Shown piece after piece: positions 16,417-24,957 of a stretch of 24,957 nt of DNA. Location of the stretch: assembly GCA_043823065.1 (NCBI GenBank), contig JBDRBB010000021.1:1-24957 (forward strand). Reading direction: 5' to 3'. A program made the position numbers and the translations under genes. This stretch comes from Pseudomonadota bacterium. Lineage in GTDB: Bacteria > UBA10199 > 2-02-FULL-44-16 > DYJF01. The notes beneath the pieces are model-generated. The model was given only the letters and a program-made list of their open reading frames with translations, was not told the DNA's origin and did not search any database. Position 1 is the stretch's first letter. Each line of letters opens with the position of its first letter.

Positions 16417-19083
16417 GTGAGTACAAAATTTGTTTACACTTTTGGCAACGGCAAAGCTGAAGGCAATACTACCATGAAAAACACGCTGGGCGGCAAAGGA
16501 GCCAACCTGGCTGAGATGAGTTCTTTAGGAATTCATGTTCCTGCTGGCTTTACCATTACTACAGACGTCAGCGTCTATTATATGGAAAACAGCGGCAAAT
16601 ATCCTGCTGGCCTGGAAGACCAAATCAACAAAGGGGTGCACAGCATTGAAAAAGCCATGGGCAAAAAATTTGGCGATGCCAAAAATCCTTTGCTTTTGTC
16701 AGTGCGTTCTGGCGCCAGAGTCAGCATGCCAGGCATGATGGATACAGTTCTTAACTTGGGCTTAACTCCCAAAACAGTGGAAGGTCTAATTGCTAAAACT
16801 GGCAACGAACGTTTTGTCTATGATAGCTATCGCCGCTTTGTGCAAATGTTTGCCAATGTGGTCATGGGCGCTCCTGGCGAACATTTTGAAGAAATTATCG
16901 ATGAAATGAAAGCCAAGAAAAATATTAAATTAGATATTGAATTTAGCGCAGAAGATCTTAAAGAATTAACCGAGGCTTTTAAGGCCAAAGTAAAAGAAGA
17001 TCTTAACCGCGAATTCCCTGATGATCCCAAAGAACAATTAATGGCTTCTATTGAAGCAGTGGTAAAATCCTGGAACGGCAAACGCGCCATTGATTATCGC
17101 CGCATAAACAATATTCCCAATAATTGGGGAACTGCTGTAAACATCCAAGCCATGGTTTTTGGCAACATGGGTGATGATTGCGCCACTGGCGTTTGTTTTA
17201 CTCGCGACCCAGCCACTGGCGAAAGGCTTTTCTTTGGTGAATTTTTGGTAAACGCCCAAGGAGAAGATGTGGTTGCTGGCATTAGAACTCCCCAGCCAAT
17301 TAATATTGCCGGCAAAAAAGGATCAAACTTGGAATCAATGGAAGAGGTCATGCCAGAGCTTTATAAAGAACTGGTAGGAATTTATGAAAATCTGGAAAAA
17401 CATTATAAAGATATGCAAGACATTGAATTCACCATTGAACAAAGCAAGCTCTGGATCTTGCAAACCAGAAACGGCAAGAGAACAGCTACAGCTGCTGTGA
17501 AAATTGCCGTGGATATGGTGGAAGAAGGCTTAATTGACAAAAAAACCGCCATTAAACGCGTTGATCCTGCTTCTTTAGATCAACTTTTACATCCCAGAAT
17601 TGATCCTAGCGCCAAGCGCGATGTCGTAGCCAAAGGGCTGCCAGCATCACCTGGGGCTGCTACTGGCAAAGTTGTATTTACTGCTGAAGACGCGGAAGAA
17701 TGGGCTAACAAAGGTGAAGATGTCATCCTGGTTAGACAAGAAACCTCACCAGAGGATATTAAAGGCATGCACGTAGCCCGAGGTATATTAACAGCTCGCG
17801 GCGGCTTAACCAGCCACGCCGCAGTTGTGGCGCGCGGCATGGGCAAGTGCTGTGTTGCTGGCTGCGATGCCATTACCATCAACAACAAAAACAAAATATT
17901 CACAGTTGGCAATAAAACCATTAAGGAAGGTGAATATATTACTTTAGACGGCTCCAAAGGCGAGGTTATGTTAGGCAAATTGCCCACAGTTCAACCTGAG
18001 CTGGCAGGCGAATTTGGGACTTTAATGGAATGGGTTGATGAAGTACGCAAACTTAAAGTTCGCGCCAATGCTGACACTCCTCAAGATGCTGAAATCGCCA
18101 AAAAATTTGGCGCAGAAGGCATTGGTCTGTGCCGCACTGAACACATGTTCTTTGAAGGCGAGCGCATTGATGCAGTACGCGAAATGATTTTATCTTCTAA
18201 TATTGAAGGCCGCAAAAAAGCCTTACTCAAAATTTTACCCATGCAAAAAGGCGATTTCAAAGGATTATTTAGAGTAATGGACGGTTACCCAGTAACTGTT
18301 CGTTTGTTAGATCCACCTTTACATGAATTTTTACCTCAAACCGATGAAGAGATAAACGAGCTGGCTAACAAGATTGATGTTGCTCCAGAAAAACTTAAAG
18401 CCAAGACCGAGGAACTGCACGAGTTTAACCCCATGCTTGGTCATCGTGGCTGCCGTTTGGGCATTACCTTTCCGGAAATTTATGCCATGCAAGTTCAAGC
18501 TATTATGGAAGCAGCTTGCGAATTAGCCAAAGAAGAAAATATTAATGCTATTCCAGAAATTGAAATACCGTTGGTGGGCCATGTTAATGAACTGCGTAAA
18601 TTACGCGCAGTTTGCGAAAAAGTCTGCCAAGAGGTCATTAATAAAACCGGCCAAAAAGTTGACTATTTAATTGGCACCATGATTGAGCTACCTAGGGCCT
18701 GCATTGCTGCAGAAGAAATTGCCAAGCATGCTGACTTTTTCTCTTTTGGCACCAATGACTTAACCCAAACCACTTTTGGTTTCTCTCGTGACGATGCTGG
18801 TAAATTTTTAAGAGAATATGTTGAGCAACATATTCTGCCTGCTGATCCATTTGTCACCATTGACACTAGTGGCGTAGGCGAGCTCATGAAAATAGGCATT
18901 GAACGCGGACGTAAAACCAAACCAAAATTAGATGTGGGCATTTGCGGCGAACATGGCGGTGAAACTAATTCTGTTAAATTTTGCCATAAAATCGGCCTAA
19001 ATTATGTATCTTGCTCGCCCTACCGCATTCCTATAGCCAGGATGGCTGCTGCCCAGGCGGTGTTGGAAGAACAAGAAAAATAA
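16417..19083 (+). CDS. ppdK: Pyruvate, phosphate dikinase
   Basis: LGGKGANLAEM, SVRSGARVSMPGMMDT, phospho-His motif GGLTSHAAVVARG, GLCRTEHM and CGEHGG. Start GTG 16417 follows AAGGAGG. Confidence 0.98.
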   Translation: MSTKFVYTFGNGKAEGNTTMKNTLGGKGANLAEMSSLGIHVPAGFTITTDVSVYYMENSGKYPAGLEDQINKGVHSIEKAMGKKFGDAKNPLLLSVRSGARVSMPGMMDTVLNLGLTPKTVEGLIAKTGNERFVYDSYRRFVQMFANVVMGAPGEHFEEIIDEMKAKKNIKLDIEFSAEDLKELTEAFKAKVKEDLNREFPDDPKEQLMASIEAVVKSWNGKRAIDYRRINNIPNNWGTAVNIQAMVFGNMGDDCATGVCFTRDPATGERLFFGEFLVNAQGEDVVAGIRTPQPINIAGKKGSNLESMEEVMPELYKELVGIYENLEKHYKDMQDIEFTIEQSKLWILQTRNGKRTATAAVKIAVDMVEEGLIDKKTAIKRVDPASLDQLLHPRIDPSAKRDVVAKGLPASPGAATGKVVFTAEDAEEWANKGEDVILVRQETSPEDIKGMHVARGILTARGGLTSHAAVVARGMGKCCVAGCDAITINNKNKIFTVGNKTIKEGEYITLDGSKGEVMLGKLPTVQPELAGEFGTLMEWVDEVRKLKVRANADTPQDAEIAKKFGAEGIGLCRTEHMFFEGERIDAVREMILSSNIEGRKKALLKILPMQKGDFKGLFRVMDGYPVTVRLLDPPLHEFLPQTDEEINELANKIDVAPEKLKAKTEELHEFNPMLGHRGCRLGITFPEIYAMQVQAIMEAACELAKEENINAIPEIEIPLVGHVNELRKLRAVCEKVCQEVINKTGQKVDYLIGTMIELPRACIAAEEIAKHADFFSFGTNDLTQTTFGFSRDDAGKFLREYVEQHILPADPFVTIDTSGVGELMKIGIERGRKTKPKLDVGICGEHGGETNSVKFCHKIGLNYVSCSPYRIPIARMAAAQAVLEEQEK

Positions 19084-19090
19084 ATTTTAT

Positions 19091-20251
19091 ATGAGAAAAT
19101 TTAACATATTTTTAATTGCTCTAATTGCCCTGACCATCAACTCCTGCGCCACCTCCAATATTTTTGCGCCTATTGGCACTAATATAGCTGCGCCAAACGG
19201 CATTGTTATTGATTCTGCCAATAACAAACTCTACTTAATCAATTCTAATAGCACAGTACTCTATAGATGGGAGGAAGGTTCCATCCAAATTCTGGATATC
19301 ACCAACCCACTTAGCCCAGTTTTGGAAAATACGGTCCAAACCGTTAGTTTTAGCGGCCAGGCAATTTTAGATCAGACCCGCAACTTACTTTATACTTCCA
19401 ATCGCTATAGTGAGAATTCTGCTACCATGGATGATCAACTGTTGGTCATGAATACAGATGCGAACTCTGCTGATTTTCTTACAGTCACTGATTCTGCCAC
19501 CAGCAAAGACCCTTATGGCTTGGCTTGCTGCTATCCAGCAGATCGCATGTGGATAGCCAATGAAGACAATGTCCTGGAATATAAAGATCTGGGGCCATTA
19601 ACTAGCGGCACAATTGATCTTTTGCAACCTCTTTCCAATGGCAGCAGTTTAGCTAGCGCTGAGGCATCTTTTATTGCCTTAAATGGTTCTCAAGCTTATC
19701 TGCCCAGAATTAGAGATGGATTAATGGTTGTAAACTTAGACGAAGCTGGGGACACCACTAAAAACGCCTTGGATTATTTAATCACTGATATCAATGATCC
19801 ACAAGGCATCGTGGTTGTGCAAACTCCTAATGGCACCCGCGTTGGCGTAGTATCTGAAGACAACATAGACGGCAATTGGACGCCTATATTTTACGTTTTA
19901 GACTTAACGTCACTTACACCTTTAACTGACAATACTGAAACAACGGTGTTGGACAAGGACGAGGACGCTCTTCTAGTGGCCACCATTGTAGTGGGCAAAC
20001 AACCTGAAACTGCTTTTGCCACAACTAATTACGTTTTTGTCAGCAGCAAAGAAGAAGATTTGATAACCGTCCTTGATATAAACAATGATTTTGCCAAAAT
20101 CAAAGACATTGCTGTTGGCGAAGAACCCTTTGGTATGGCCCTTTATGCTCCAGGCGGCAATGAACAGTATGTATATGTGGGCAATGTGATTTCCAACACC
20201 CTATCTATTATTGATTTAAATACTTTAGAAGTAGTGGCAACATATCCTTAA
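19091..20251 (+). CDS. Beta-propeller lipoprotein (YncE/YVTN-like)
   Basis: Lipobox TINS-C. Repeated blades such as PNGIVIDSANNKLY and IAVGEEPFGMAL...YVYVGNVISNTLSIIDLNTLEVVAT. Confidence 0.75.
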   Translation: MRKFNIFLIALIALTINSCATSNIFAPIGTNIAAPNGIVIDSANNKLYLINSNSTVLYRWEEGSIQILDITNPLSPVLENTVQTVSFSGQAILDQTRNLLYTSNRYSENSATMDDQLLVMNTDANSADFLTVTDSATSKDPYGLACCYPADRMWIANEDNVLEYKDLGPLTSGTIDLLQPLSNGSSLASAEASFIALNGSQAYLPRIRDGLMVVNLDEAGDTTKNALDYLITDINDPQGIVVVQTPNGTRVGVVSEDNIDGNWTPIFYVLDLTSLTPLTDNTETTVLDKDEDALLVATIVVGKQPETAFATTNYVFVSSKEEDLITVLDINNDFAKIKDIAVGEEPFGMALYAPGGNEQYVYVGNVISNTLSIIDLNTLEVVATYP

Positions 20252-20267
20252 AATATTGGGCTGCATC

Positions 20268-21422
20268 ATGCTTACCAGAGAACAATTTGAACAGCGAGAA
20301 AATGAAGCATTAGCTCCTTATGCTGCCAGATGTATCACCAGCTTGGGACGCATCTATCCAGAACAAGAATGCCAGTTTCGCAGCATCTATCAACATGATC
20401 GTGACCGCATTGTCCATTCTGAAGCCTTTCGTCGCTTGGAATATAAAACCCAGGTGTTTGTGAATCATGAAGGAGATTATTATCGCACTCGGTTGACCCA
20501 CACCATTGAAGTTGCTCAAATCTCTCGTGGCCTTGCCCGCACTTTGCAATTAAATGAAGACCTGGCTGAAGCCATAGCTTTGGCACATGATTTAGGACAT
20601 ACCCCGTTTGGGCATATTGGAGAAACAACTTTAGATAATCTCATGGCTGACGAAGGCGGGTTTGAGCATAATTACCAAAGCTTTCGCGTAGTCACTTCTT
20701 TGGAGCACCGTTACCCTAATTTTCCTGGTTTAAATCTTTCCTATGAAGTCTTGGAAGGCATTGCCAAACACTCCAGCGAATATGACAACCCGGAAGTAAA
20801 ATCATTTAAAGATGTTGGTTTTCCCACCATTGAAGCTCAAATTGTAAATATTGCTGATGAAATAGCTTACATCAACCATGATTTAGATGATGGTTTGCAA
20901 TCTGGAATGCTTGGCTTTGAACAACTGGAAGTTATTCCCTTATGGCGCGAAACTTATGATAAAATTTATAGCGCTTATCCAGATGCTTCTAAACGCGTGC
21001 TAAAATCCCGCATTATCAGCAGTCTAATTCATTATTTTGTTGGCAATGCCCAAGAAGAAACTTTGAAACGTATTAAGCAAAGAAAAATTACTTCACTAAA
21101 TGAGGTACGCAAAAATGGCAAAGATCTGGTCAGTTTTTCAGAAGAATTGGCAGTAAAAACCAAAGAATTAAAAATCTATCTTTTTGAAAATTTATATCGT
21201 CACTACCGGGTGGCGCGCATGGCAGACAAGGCCAAACGCATCTTGGAAGATTTGTTTAATGCCTATCTTAACAACCCCAGAACCCTTCCCACCACTTTAT
21301 ATAAACTTATTCAAGAAAAAGGTCAGGCCAAGCGTTATGTTTGCGACTATATTGCTGGCATGACCGACCGCTTTGCCCTGCTGGAACACAAAAAACTATT
21401 TGATCCTAGCGAAAAGGTTTAA
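20268..21422 (+). CDS. dgt: Deoxyguanosinetriphosphate triphosphohydrolase-like HD protein
   Basis: DRDRIVHSEAFRRLEYKTQV, RTRLTHT, AHDLGHTPFGH, FEHN, ADEIAY..HDLDD and DYIAGMTD. Confidence 0.93.
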   Translation: MLTREQFEQRENEALAPYAARCITSLGRIYPEQECQFRSIYQHDRDRIVHSEAFRRLEYKTQVFVNHEGDYYRTRLTHTIEVAQISRGLARTLQLNEDLAEAIALAHDLGHTPFGHIGETTLDNLMADEGGFEHNYQSFRVVTSLEHRYPNFPGLNLSYEVLEGIAKHSSEYDNPEVKSFKDVGFPTIEAQIVNIADEIAYINHDLDDGLQSGMLGFEQLEVIPLWRETYDKIYSAYPDASKRVLKSRIISSLIHYFVGNAQEETLKRIKQRKITSLNEVRKNGKDLVSFSEELAVKTKELKIYLFENLYRHYRVARMADKAKRILEDLFNAYLNNPRTLPTTLYKLIQEKGQAKRYVCDYIAGMTDRFALLEHKKLFDPSEKV

Positions 21423-21425
21423 GTC

Positions 21426-21454
21426 TTGCCTTAATTTATCAGAGCTAATATTAT
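21426..21454 (+). promoter_or_regulatory. Putative sigma70 promoter of the TolC/HlyD/ABC operon
   Basis: TTGCCT-N17-TATTAT, followed by a GGGGAG RBS (21464-21469) and GTG at 21476. Confidence 0.55.
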
Positions 21455-21475
21455 GTGAGCCTTGGGGAGATATTA

Positions 21476-22807
21476 GTGCAATTAAAACTGGTAATCATTT
21501 TTTTGTTTCTTTTTTTAATGAACAGTTCAAATCTGCTTGCTGCTGACAAATTAGCTGCAGATTTCCTCACCTTTGAACAAGCAGGTGAATTAGCTCTGGA
21601 AAATTCCCATACACTTGCTTCCCAGGAACAAATAGTAGAATCTGCCAAACAAGAAGCCAAGGCTCAAAAAGTTAAACGCTATCCTTTTTTAAATTTTGAA
21701 GCTCAAAGCATGTTTGTCTCCAAAATTGGCAGGTTTCAAATTCCCACCCTGGGCATAAACCGGGAAGTTGGCGACCATATCAATTGGTCAGTTGGCCCAG
21801 CCCTGGAATGGACGGTTTGGGATACAGGCCAGATCACCAAAAAAGCCAAGAGCCTGGAAAAAACCACGGCTGCACAAACACAAAATTTGGATTATTATGG
21901 CCGCCAAGTTCTTTTCAGCGCCAGATCCAGCTATATCGATGTTCAACTAGCCAAAGAACAGGTTCGTTTGGTCAAAGATGCCTTAAATCTGGCCCAAGCT
22001 CAATATTCAGATATTTTAGAAAAAAAGAAAGCTGGCACAGCAGATCTGCTAGATCTTACAGTAGCGCACCAAGAAGTAGTTGATCGCCAGCGCGATCTGG
22101 AAGAAGCATTCGGCAATTTGGCTCTTGCCAAAAGAGCGTTAGTTGCCACCTTGGGTTATGATCCGCAAGCTGAATCTGTGGATGCCCTGGAGGTTCAGCA
22201 AATTAACCAGGTCCTTAATGTCTTGCTGCCTCAAGCCAACACTCAAGTAGATATTGAAGCACATCCCCAAGTACAAGCCTTGGCAGATCAGCAGCAAGCA
22301 TATGAGCTAGCTGCCAAAAGCTCCAGCGCCAGACATTGGCCCAAAATAGACATGAAGGGAACTTCCACTTTTGAGTATCCCAATCTTGGAGAAAATATAA
22401 CTATTCAGCAAAATAAACTCTTGCTTAACTTACATTTGCCAATTTTTGATTGGGGCATGATCAGCAAAGAATCCCGCAGCAACAAATTTCAAGCTTATTC
22501 CACGCAGGAACAGAAAAAACAAACCATGCTGGATCTAGAGCGCACCACTGCTGAAATCAGGCAAAGAATAAAAACTCTGAAGGGGCTAAGAATTGCCAAC
22601 ATCAAAGCAATTAATGATGCGGTTGAAGTAGCCCGCTTAACCTATAATTCCTATCAAGCTGGACGGGTGATATTTTTAGATGTGCAACGGGCTAATGTCA
22701 AAGCTCTGTCTATAAAAGTTGATTCCGCCCAAACTGATGCTGAGCTAGCCAGGCAAATTTCTCAACTGCTTGCCCTGGCCCAAAGCAAGGAGCCTAGCAA
22801 TGATTAA
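21476..22807 (+). CDS. TolC-family outer membrane efflux protein
   Basis: Signal peptide from GTG 21476; two OEP-like repeats (YPFLNF / WPKIDM, LPIFDWG, YQAGRVIFLDV). Confidence 0.88.
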   Translation: MQLKLVIIFLFLFLMNSSNLLAADKLAADFLTFEQAGELALENSHTLASQEQIVESAKQEAKAQKVKRYPFLNFEAQSMFVSKIGRFQIPTLGINREVGDHINWSVGPALEWTVWDTGQITKKAKSLEKTTAAQTQNLDYYGRQVLFSARSSYIDVQLAKEQVRLVKDALNLAQAQYSDILEKKKAGTADLLDLTVAHQEVVDRQRDLEEAFGNLALAKRALVATLGYDPQAESVDALEVQQINQVLNVLLPQANTQVDIEAHPQVQALADQQQAYELAAKSSSARHWPKIDMKGTSTFEYPNLGENITIQQNKLLLNLHLPIFDWGMISKESRSNKFQAYSTQEQKKQTMLDLERTTAEIRQRIKTLKGLRIANIKAINDAVEVARLTYNSYQAGRVIFLDVQRANVKALSIKVDSAQTDAELARQISQLLALAQSKEPSND

Positions 22808-23555
22808 AAAGTTTAAATTAGATAGAATAAAAAAGAAGCATATTATTCTGGGTATTATTGTTTTGGCTGTGGCTATTTATTTTTTGATTCCTGACCGGGA
22901 ATCAATTTATGTGGGCACAATTGAAGTCACTGAAGTGGATGTGGCACCCAGAGTAGCTTCGCAGATTGCTGAACGCGTGGTTGATGAAGGTGACCTGGTC
23001 AAAACAGGCGATATTTTATACAAACTGACATGCGAAAATATTTATGTTGATGCAGAAAAAAGTTTTAATGATTTTAAGCGCGCGGAAAAATTGCTAGCTT
23101 CAGGCAATATGTCGCCAGAACAATATGATACTTATAAAAAGAATTATGAAAATTCCAAATTGCAAGTAGAATGGTGCACAGTGCGCGCGCCCATAGACGG
23201 CACTATTTTAACCAAATTCCATGAAGCAGGCGAATATGTTTACACGGGCAGCAAACTCATGGCCATGGGCGACTTAAACGATGTTTGGGCCTATGTTTAC
23301 GTGGATCAACCCTTTCTGGCTAGTTTATCCATTGGCCAAGAGGTAACCGGCTATTTACCAGAGCTAAATAATAAAACCATTGCCGGCCAAATTATTCACA
23401 TCAAAGACGAAGCAGAGTTTACTCCCAAAAACGTGCAAACCAGAAAAGAGCGGACTCGTTTGGTGTATGGAATTAAGATCCGGTTTGATAACAGCGAAAA
23501 ACTGCTTAAACCAGGAATGCCTATTGAAGTCCGTTTTGCCAAACTTAATAAATAA
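22800..23555 (+). CDS. HlyD/YbhG-type periplasmic adaptor with short hairpin
   Basis: N-terminal TM helix, VDEGDLVKTGD, VRAPIDGTI, AEFTPKNVQT..ER..LVY and LKPGMP. The start overlaps the tolC end. Confidence 0.9.
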   Translation: MIKKFKLDRIKKKHIILGIIVLAVAIYFLIPDRESIYVGTIEVTEVDVAPRVASQIAERVVDEGDLVKTGDILYKLTCENIYVDAEKSFNDFKRAEKLLASGNMSPEQYDTYKKNYENSKLQVEWCTVRAPIDGTILTKFHEAGEYVYTGSKLMAMGDLNDVWAYVYVDQPFLASLSIGQEVTGYLPELNNKTIAGQIIHIKDEAEFTPKNVQTRKERTRLVYGIKIRFDNSEKLLKPGMPIEVRFAKLNK

Positions 23556-23566
23556 CAGGGATAATT

Positions 23567-24289
23567 ATGGCGGTTGGCGTTGAACTCAAAGGCATCTGCA
23601 AATCATTCAAAAAAAACCTAGCCCTTAATCAGATATCCATTAATTTTACTGGTGGAAAACTCCACGGCTTGATCGGCTCTGAAGGCGCTGGCAAAACCAC
23701 ATTAATCAGGGTTATCATGGCCCTGCTCAATTATGACGATGGCACATTAATCTGGACCGAAGACCAAAAAACCAAAAACTTTTTAGAGATCCGCGATAAA
23801 ATCTCCTATATGCCTGGCAGCCAAAGCCTTTATCCTGATCTTTCAGTAGAAGAGCATCTAAATTTTTTTAAGGAACTGTATAGCCTATCTGCAGAGGAAT
23901 TTGCTCAGCAAAAAGATCAACTTTTGAAAATAACCAGGCTGGATAAATTTACCAGTCGCCGGTCGCGAGAACTATCAGGTGGCATGTATAAAAAACTGGG
24001 TTTAATGTGCGCCCTGCTGCAGCGCCCTAAAATTTTACTCTTAGACGAGCCCACCAATGGCGTGGATCCGATCAGCCGCCGAGAATTTTGGGATTTACTT
24101 TATGAACTTTCAGCCAGTGAAATTACCATTATTATTTCTACAGCTTATATGGATGAAGCTGAGCGCTGCCACATAGCTCATCTTTTAGATGCAGGCAAAC
24201 ACTTAGCTAGTGGCGAGCCCAGAAAACTTCTAGCTGATGCTGGCGTAAAAACTTTTGACGAATTTTATCTTAAACAAGGCAACAAATGA
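23567..24289 (+). CDS. ABC transporter ATP-binding protein (YbhF N-half-like)
   Basis: Walker A GSEGAGKT, signature LSGGM, Walker B LLLDEPT.GVDP.SRREFW, and STAYMDEAE. Confidence 0.92.
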   Translation: MAVGVELKGICKSFKKNLALNQISINFTGGKLHGLIGSEGAGKTTLIRVIMALLNYDDGTLIWTEDQKTKNFLEIRDKISYMPGSQSLYPDLSVEEHLNFFKELYSLSAEEFAQQKDQLLKITRLDKFTSRRSRELSGGMYKKLGLMCALLQRPKILLLDEPTNGVDPISRREFWDLLYELSASEITIIISTAYMDEAERCHIAHLLDAGKHLASGEPRKLLADAGVKTFDEFYLKQGNK

Positions 24290-24957
24290 GCTCAAATAAA
24301 GCAGTAATTGTTGATAATTTAGTTGTAGCCTTTGGCAGTTTTCAGGCAGTCAAGGGCGTGTCATTTGACGTGGAGCCCGGAGAAATCTTTGGTTTTTTAG
24401 GAGCCAATGGTGCAGGCAAGACCACCACCATCAGAGTCCTTTGCGGACTTTTGCCGCCCACTAGTGGATCAGTTAAAGTTGCTCAAGCTGATCCAGCCAC
24501 CAACCCTATAGATGTAAAAACTCGCGTTGGTTACATGTCTCAAAAATTTACGCTTTATCGTGATTTAACTATTTCTGAAAATTTGCAATTTGCCGGCAAG
24601 CTGCGCAAATTAACCAACAATCGAATCGCCGAACGCATTAAAGAGCTTGTGGATTTCATTGAATTAGATCGGCCTTTGCAAACCATGGTCAAAGACTTGC
24701 CAGCTGGAGTTATGCAACAAGTGGCGTTAGTGGCAGCCACTATTCATAATCCTGAAATTGTATTTTTAGATGAACCAACTGCTGGCGTTACTCCGCATGC
24801 CAGATCCAAGTTTTGGGAGTTAATCAATAAACTGTCAAATGCCGGCAAAACTGTCTTTGTGACCACTCATTATATGGATGAAGCTGAACAATGTGGAAGA
24901 GTGGCTCTGATGCGCTCTGGCGAGCTTATTGCTTTGGGTTCACCAGCTGAGCTTAAA
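24286..24957 (+). CDS. ABC transporter ATP-binding protein (YbhF C-half-like), truncated by the window edge
   Basis: ATGA overlap with the previous gene. Reads MSSNKAV...GEIFGFLGANGAGKTT...GYMSQKFTLY...VFLDEPTAGV...TTHYMDEAE and stays open to the end of the window, so it is absent from the ORF track. Confidence 0.92.
   Translation, partial: MSSNKAVIVDNLVVAFGSFQAVKGVSFDVEPGEIFGFLGANGAGKTTTIRVLCGLLPPTSGSVKVAQADPATNPIDVKTRVGYMSQKFTLYRDLTISENLQFAGKLRKLTNNRIAERIKELVDFIELDRPLQTMVKDLPAGVMQQVALVAATIHNPEIVFLDEPTAGVTPHARSKFWELINKLSNAGKTVFVTTHYMDEAEQCGRVALMRSGELIALGSPAELK

Noticed and set aside
3517..18941. Numerous antisense or alternate-frame ORFs (e.g. 3517-3906, 5500-5826, 10418-10660, 11342-11677, 16060-16335, 17580-17987)
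   Set aside because: They overlap well-supported genes or repeats and show no recognisable motifs; treated as shadow ORFs.
20268..21422. dGTPase as an anti-phage defence gene
   Set aside because: It sits in a housekeeping context with no defence neighbours and looks like the ordinary Dgt-like family.

Overview
Low-GC bacterial chromosomal window. The gene set and order suggest a deltaproteobacterial-type lineage; this is inference. From left to right it contains: the left end and first 18 codons of an IS481-family transposase, located about 6 nt downstream of a tRNA-Glu(CTC); an amt-PII pair; a Cys-rich lipoprotein with a YfaP/DUF2135-like C-terminus; and a flavodoxin-like protein. A minus-strand dapF-dapA-dapB-dapL-folK-small Cys protein-transaldolase operon follows, divergent from rho and a ychF-like gene. 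Next come a minus-strand efflux adaptor and phosphodiester glycosidase pair, then glyQS-ppdK-beta-propeller lipoprotein-dgt, and a TolC/HlyD/ABC-ABC exporter operon running off the right edge. Most genes are housekeeping. Four signals deserve most attention. (1) Two palindromes built from 7-bp units bracket glyQS and share an architecture but not their unit sequence; a third heptad tract lies nearby. (2) A 127-bp palindrome sits inside the dap operon, and its mismatches mostly read as G-U pairs on the transcribed strand. (3) The PII protein lacks the canonical 2-oxoglutarate-binding residues Q39 and K58 as well as Y51. (4) The IS481 end lies next to the tRNA and has a hairpin covering the transposase RBS. 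No CRISPR array or defence cluster was seen.
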